Assembly: GCA_965644295.1 (NCBI GenBank)
Contig: CBFFRP010000319.1
Span: 62,001-126,000 of the forward strand
DNA: 64,000 nucleotides
Direction: 5' to 3'
Source of the DNA: Paraphysomonas bandaiensis
Lineage: Eukaryota > Protista > Chrysophyceae
Each line of letters opens with the position of its first letter. The first letter of the stretch is position 1. Shown here piece after piece: positions 61,986 to 64,000 of this stretch. The notes beneath the pieces were generated by a model, which had not been told where the DNA came from, did not search any database, and saw nothing but the letters and a program-made list of their open reading frames with translations. The position numbers were made by a program, and so were the translations under genes.

Positions 61986-63221
61986 ATGGACTTGTTTTCT
62001 ATCAGTAATTATTCAGTGGGTCTCGATATATGCAGCGCTTTGGGTATTCCGACAAGACCTGTTCTGGAGGATGCTATCACAACAGTAACAAAGCGAACTA
62101 TAGAAAATGGTGCGCGCTCTTTTTCTGAACCTGTGAAGCCAAAGCCTGCATCATCTTGTCAAGAAATAATAAGCAACTATTCTGGTGGCGAGCCTCCGAA
62201 GCCTCCTTTCTCTAGCGGCTCTCCAATATCTCCTTCCAAAGGGGCATCAGATTTTTATAAAAGAGAAAATTTATACACTCAAGCTCAGGTTTTCAATGAT
62301 GTCAAGAACGGAATTCAAAGGCGCATAAACACTGAAAGCGACTCCGAGCAATTGGAAGGCCACATCGCAACATTACAGCAACAGATAGCACTTATAAAGA
62401 AATATGAATATCGAATCTTAGATCTACTTGAAAATCCGAGTATTGCAAGTGAGATTAAAGACAAAATATTTCTAGCAAAAAGTAGAGCCAAGACTCTTTT
62501 TACCAGACTTAATGAATCTGGAACTATTGATCTTCGATCTGCTGTTCCGGAGGAACAGCAGCGGTCTTGCATGGAGCGTGGAAAGTTTCAAGCTCTTCTT
62601 GAAAGTGTATTACCTGAAGCTGAGGGCTTTATATCGTCTGTTGATCTCTATAATCAGATGAAGCAAGAAGAGCGTCTTCTTTTGGCGCACCCAGAAAGCT
62701 TTGCCCCAATGCTTTCCATAATTCATTTAGCCAGCGAAGTTGAAACGAAACAGTCGGATCGAGCTGTTATATCAGTTTCTTTTTACCCTGTCTTAAAAAG
62801 TACGGCGATGCAAAACTTACGTATTGCCATTCCAGCTATTCAGAAGCTCTCCGAACATAGAAAACAAGATTTGGATTCGCTTCATCAAGACCCTTCCAAA
62901 ACATCGGAACTGCTGAACCAGTGTCGAGATACTAGAAATGCGATTTCCTTGTACTCTGATGCATTAGAAAAAGTTCCATTTCGCAAAGAGCTGGAAAGTG
63001 AAATAATTTTACTTGGAAAAGAAATATCGTATCTGGAGCAGTCTGTAATTTTCATTGAAAGTCAAATTCGATCTGAGAAAAATATTGCTTATTTAGTCGC
63101 TGCTGGTCGTGGGGTGGTCATTGGGGCTGGACTAACGGCCGCTATTGCCATACCTGTCATAGGCAGCTCTATGATTGTCTCCTCAGTGTTGTGGCTATTT
63201 AATTCTAGAAGATATAGATGA
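61986..63221 (+). CDS. Hypothetical helical protein with C-terminal TM hairpin
   Basis: 411-codon intronless ORF; no family recognised. Confidence 0.7.
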   Translation: MDLFSISNYSVGLDICSALGIPTRPVLEDAITTVTKRTIENGARSFSEPVKPKPASSCQEIISNYSGGEPPKPPFSSGSPISPSKGASDFYKRENLYTQAQVFNDVKNGIQRRINTESDSEQLEGHIATLQQQIALIKKYEYRILDLLENPSIASEIKDKIFLAKSRAKTLFTRLNESGTIDLRSAVPEEQQRSCMERGKFQALLESVLPEAEGFISSVDLYNQMKQEERLLLAHPESFAPMLSIIHLASEVETKQSDRAVISVSFYPVLKSTAMQNLRIAIPAIQKLSEHRKQDLDSLHQDPSKTSELLNQCRDTRNAISLYSDALEKVPFRKELESEIILLGKEISYLEQSVIFIESQIRSEKNIAYLVAAGRGVVIGAGLTAAIAIPVIGSSMIVSSVLWLFNSRRYR

Positions 63222-63794
63222 ATGTTTAATGCCAGTGTTATTTGGTCCTTCTCTTATAATATGGGGAGACAAAGACTGGCTGGATTGAATACTAAATCGT
63301 CGTCAAAATAATGTAGTAAAGTTTCACAATGAAGTACAATTTTGTGATTAAATTGATATGCGTGCATTGATTTAAATATAATAAGCTGTTAACTAGAATC
63401 GCCTCTTTTATTCCAATTTAAATGAAATAGCTAATAAGTGTAATGAAAAGCTACGAAAAAACAAAAGTAATAAAAACTTATATAAACTGCTTACACTATA
63501 TATTCACCAGGGCTGTGTAACAATTAATTGTCAATTATTGGCATTGCCACAAGTGAAATTTGGACAGCAAGTAATAATTTATCAAAAAATTCTTCAATTA
63601 ATCGTCAAAACACACAACACGACGATGAAAAAAAGTCATTTTCCTTTCTTTTCATCTAACATTTATTTCAGCTAATATGAGTATTTTAAGTATTAGTTAT
63701 TACACATAATTATAAGTCATAAGTGGCACAAACTACATATAGCTAGTTAAAGGTTTAAACTTAATATTAATTGGGTAGTGAATGTCTTACATTT

Positions 63795-63918
63795 AGTCAG
63801 AAATAACATCGCAAAACAAGTTAACTAAATACTGCTTAACTCTGATATCCTATAATCTAACGCTACGAAAGCTACTTATGCGTCACCGCAAGTACAAAGA
63901 TGCAACCACTTTTGCTCT
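63795..63918 (+). mobile_element. Dispersed repeat family A, copy 6 (terminal fragment)
   Basis: AGTCAGAA...CTTAACTCTGATATCCTA...AACGCTACGAAAGCT...GCGTCACCGCAAG. Confidence 0.8.
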
Positions 63919-64000
63919 TTATTAATTGGGACAGCCAGTAATAATTTCAATTATAATTAACTACAACAAGCGCCAATTAATTGTTGCGCCTGGTGACATT

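Overview
Gene-dense eukaryotic nuclear DNA with short (~50-100 bp) GT-AG introns. It is probably from a flagellated stramenopile-type protist; this is an inference from CFAP57, an ATP4-type pump, a bHLH-PAS gene and an oomycete-like hAT remnant. The window holds about 20 protein genes, mostly in head-to-head pairs, and one intron-containing tRNA-Met. Transposon debris (two Ty1/Copia wrecks, solo LTRs with target-site duplications, a hAT remnant, a six-copy ~480 bp dispersed family) lies only downstream of gene 3' ends, essentially in tail-to-tail gaps. Highlights: (1) a spliced NADAR-FHA-RRM-RS fusion gene that the ORF track breaks up; (2) a signal-peptide protein with 14 LVIVD repeats whose variation is concentrated in four codons and is combinatorially reshuffled; (3) an NZF/UIM ubiquitin-binding protein fused to a giant-virus-like, possibly NEL-type Cys domain; (4) a Copia gag rearranged into nested fold-back inverted repeats. 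All family assignments come from motif recognition by eye; no searches were run.
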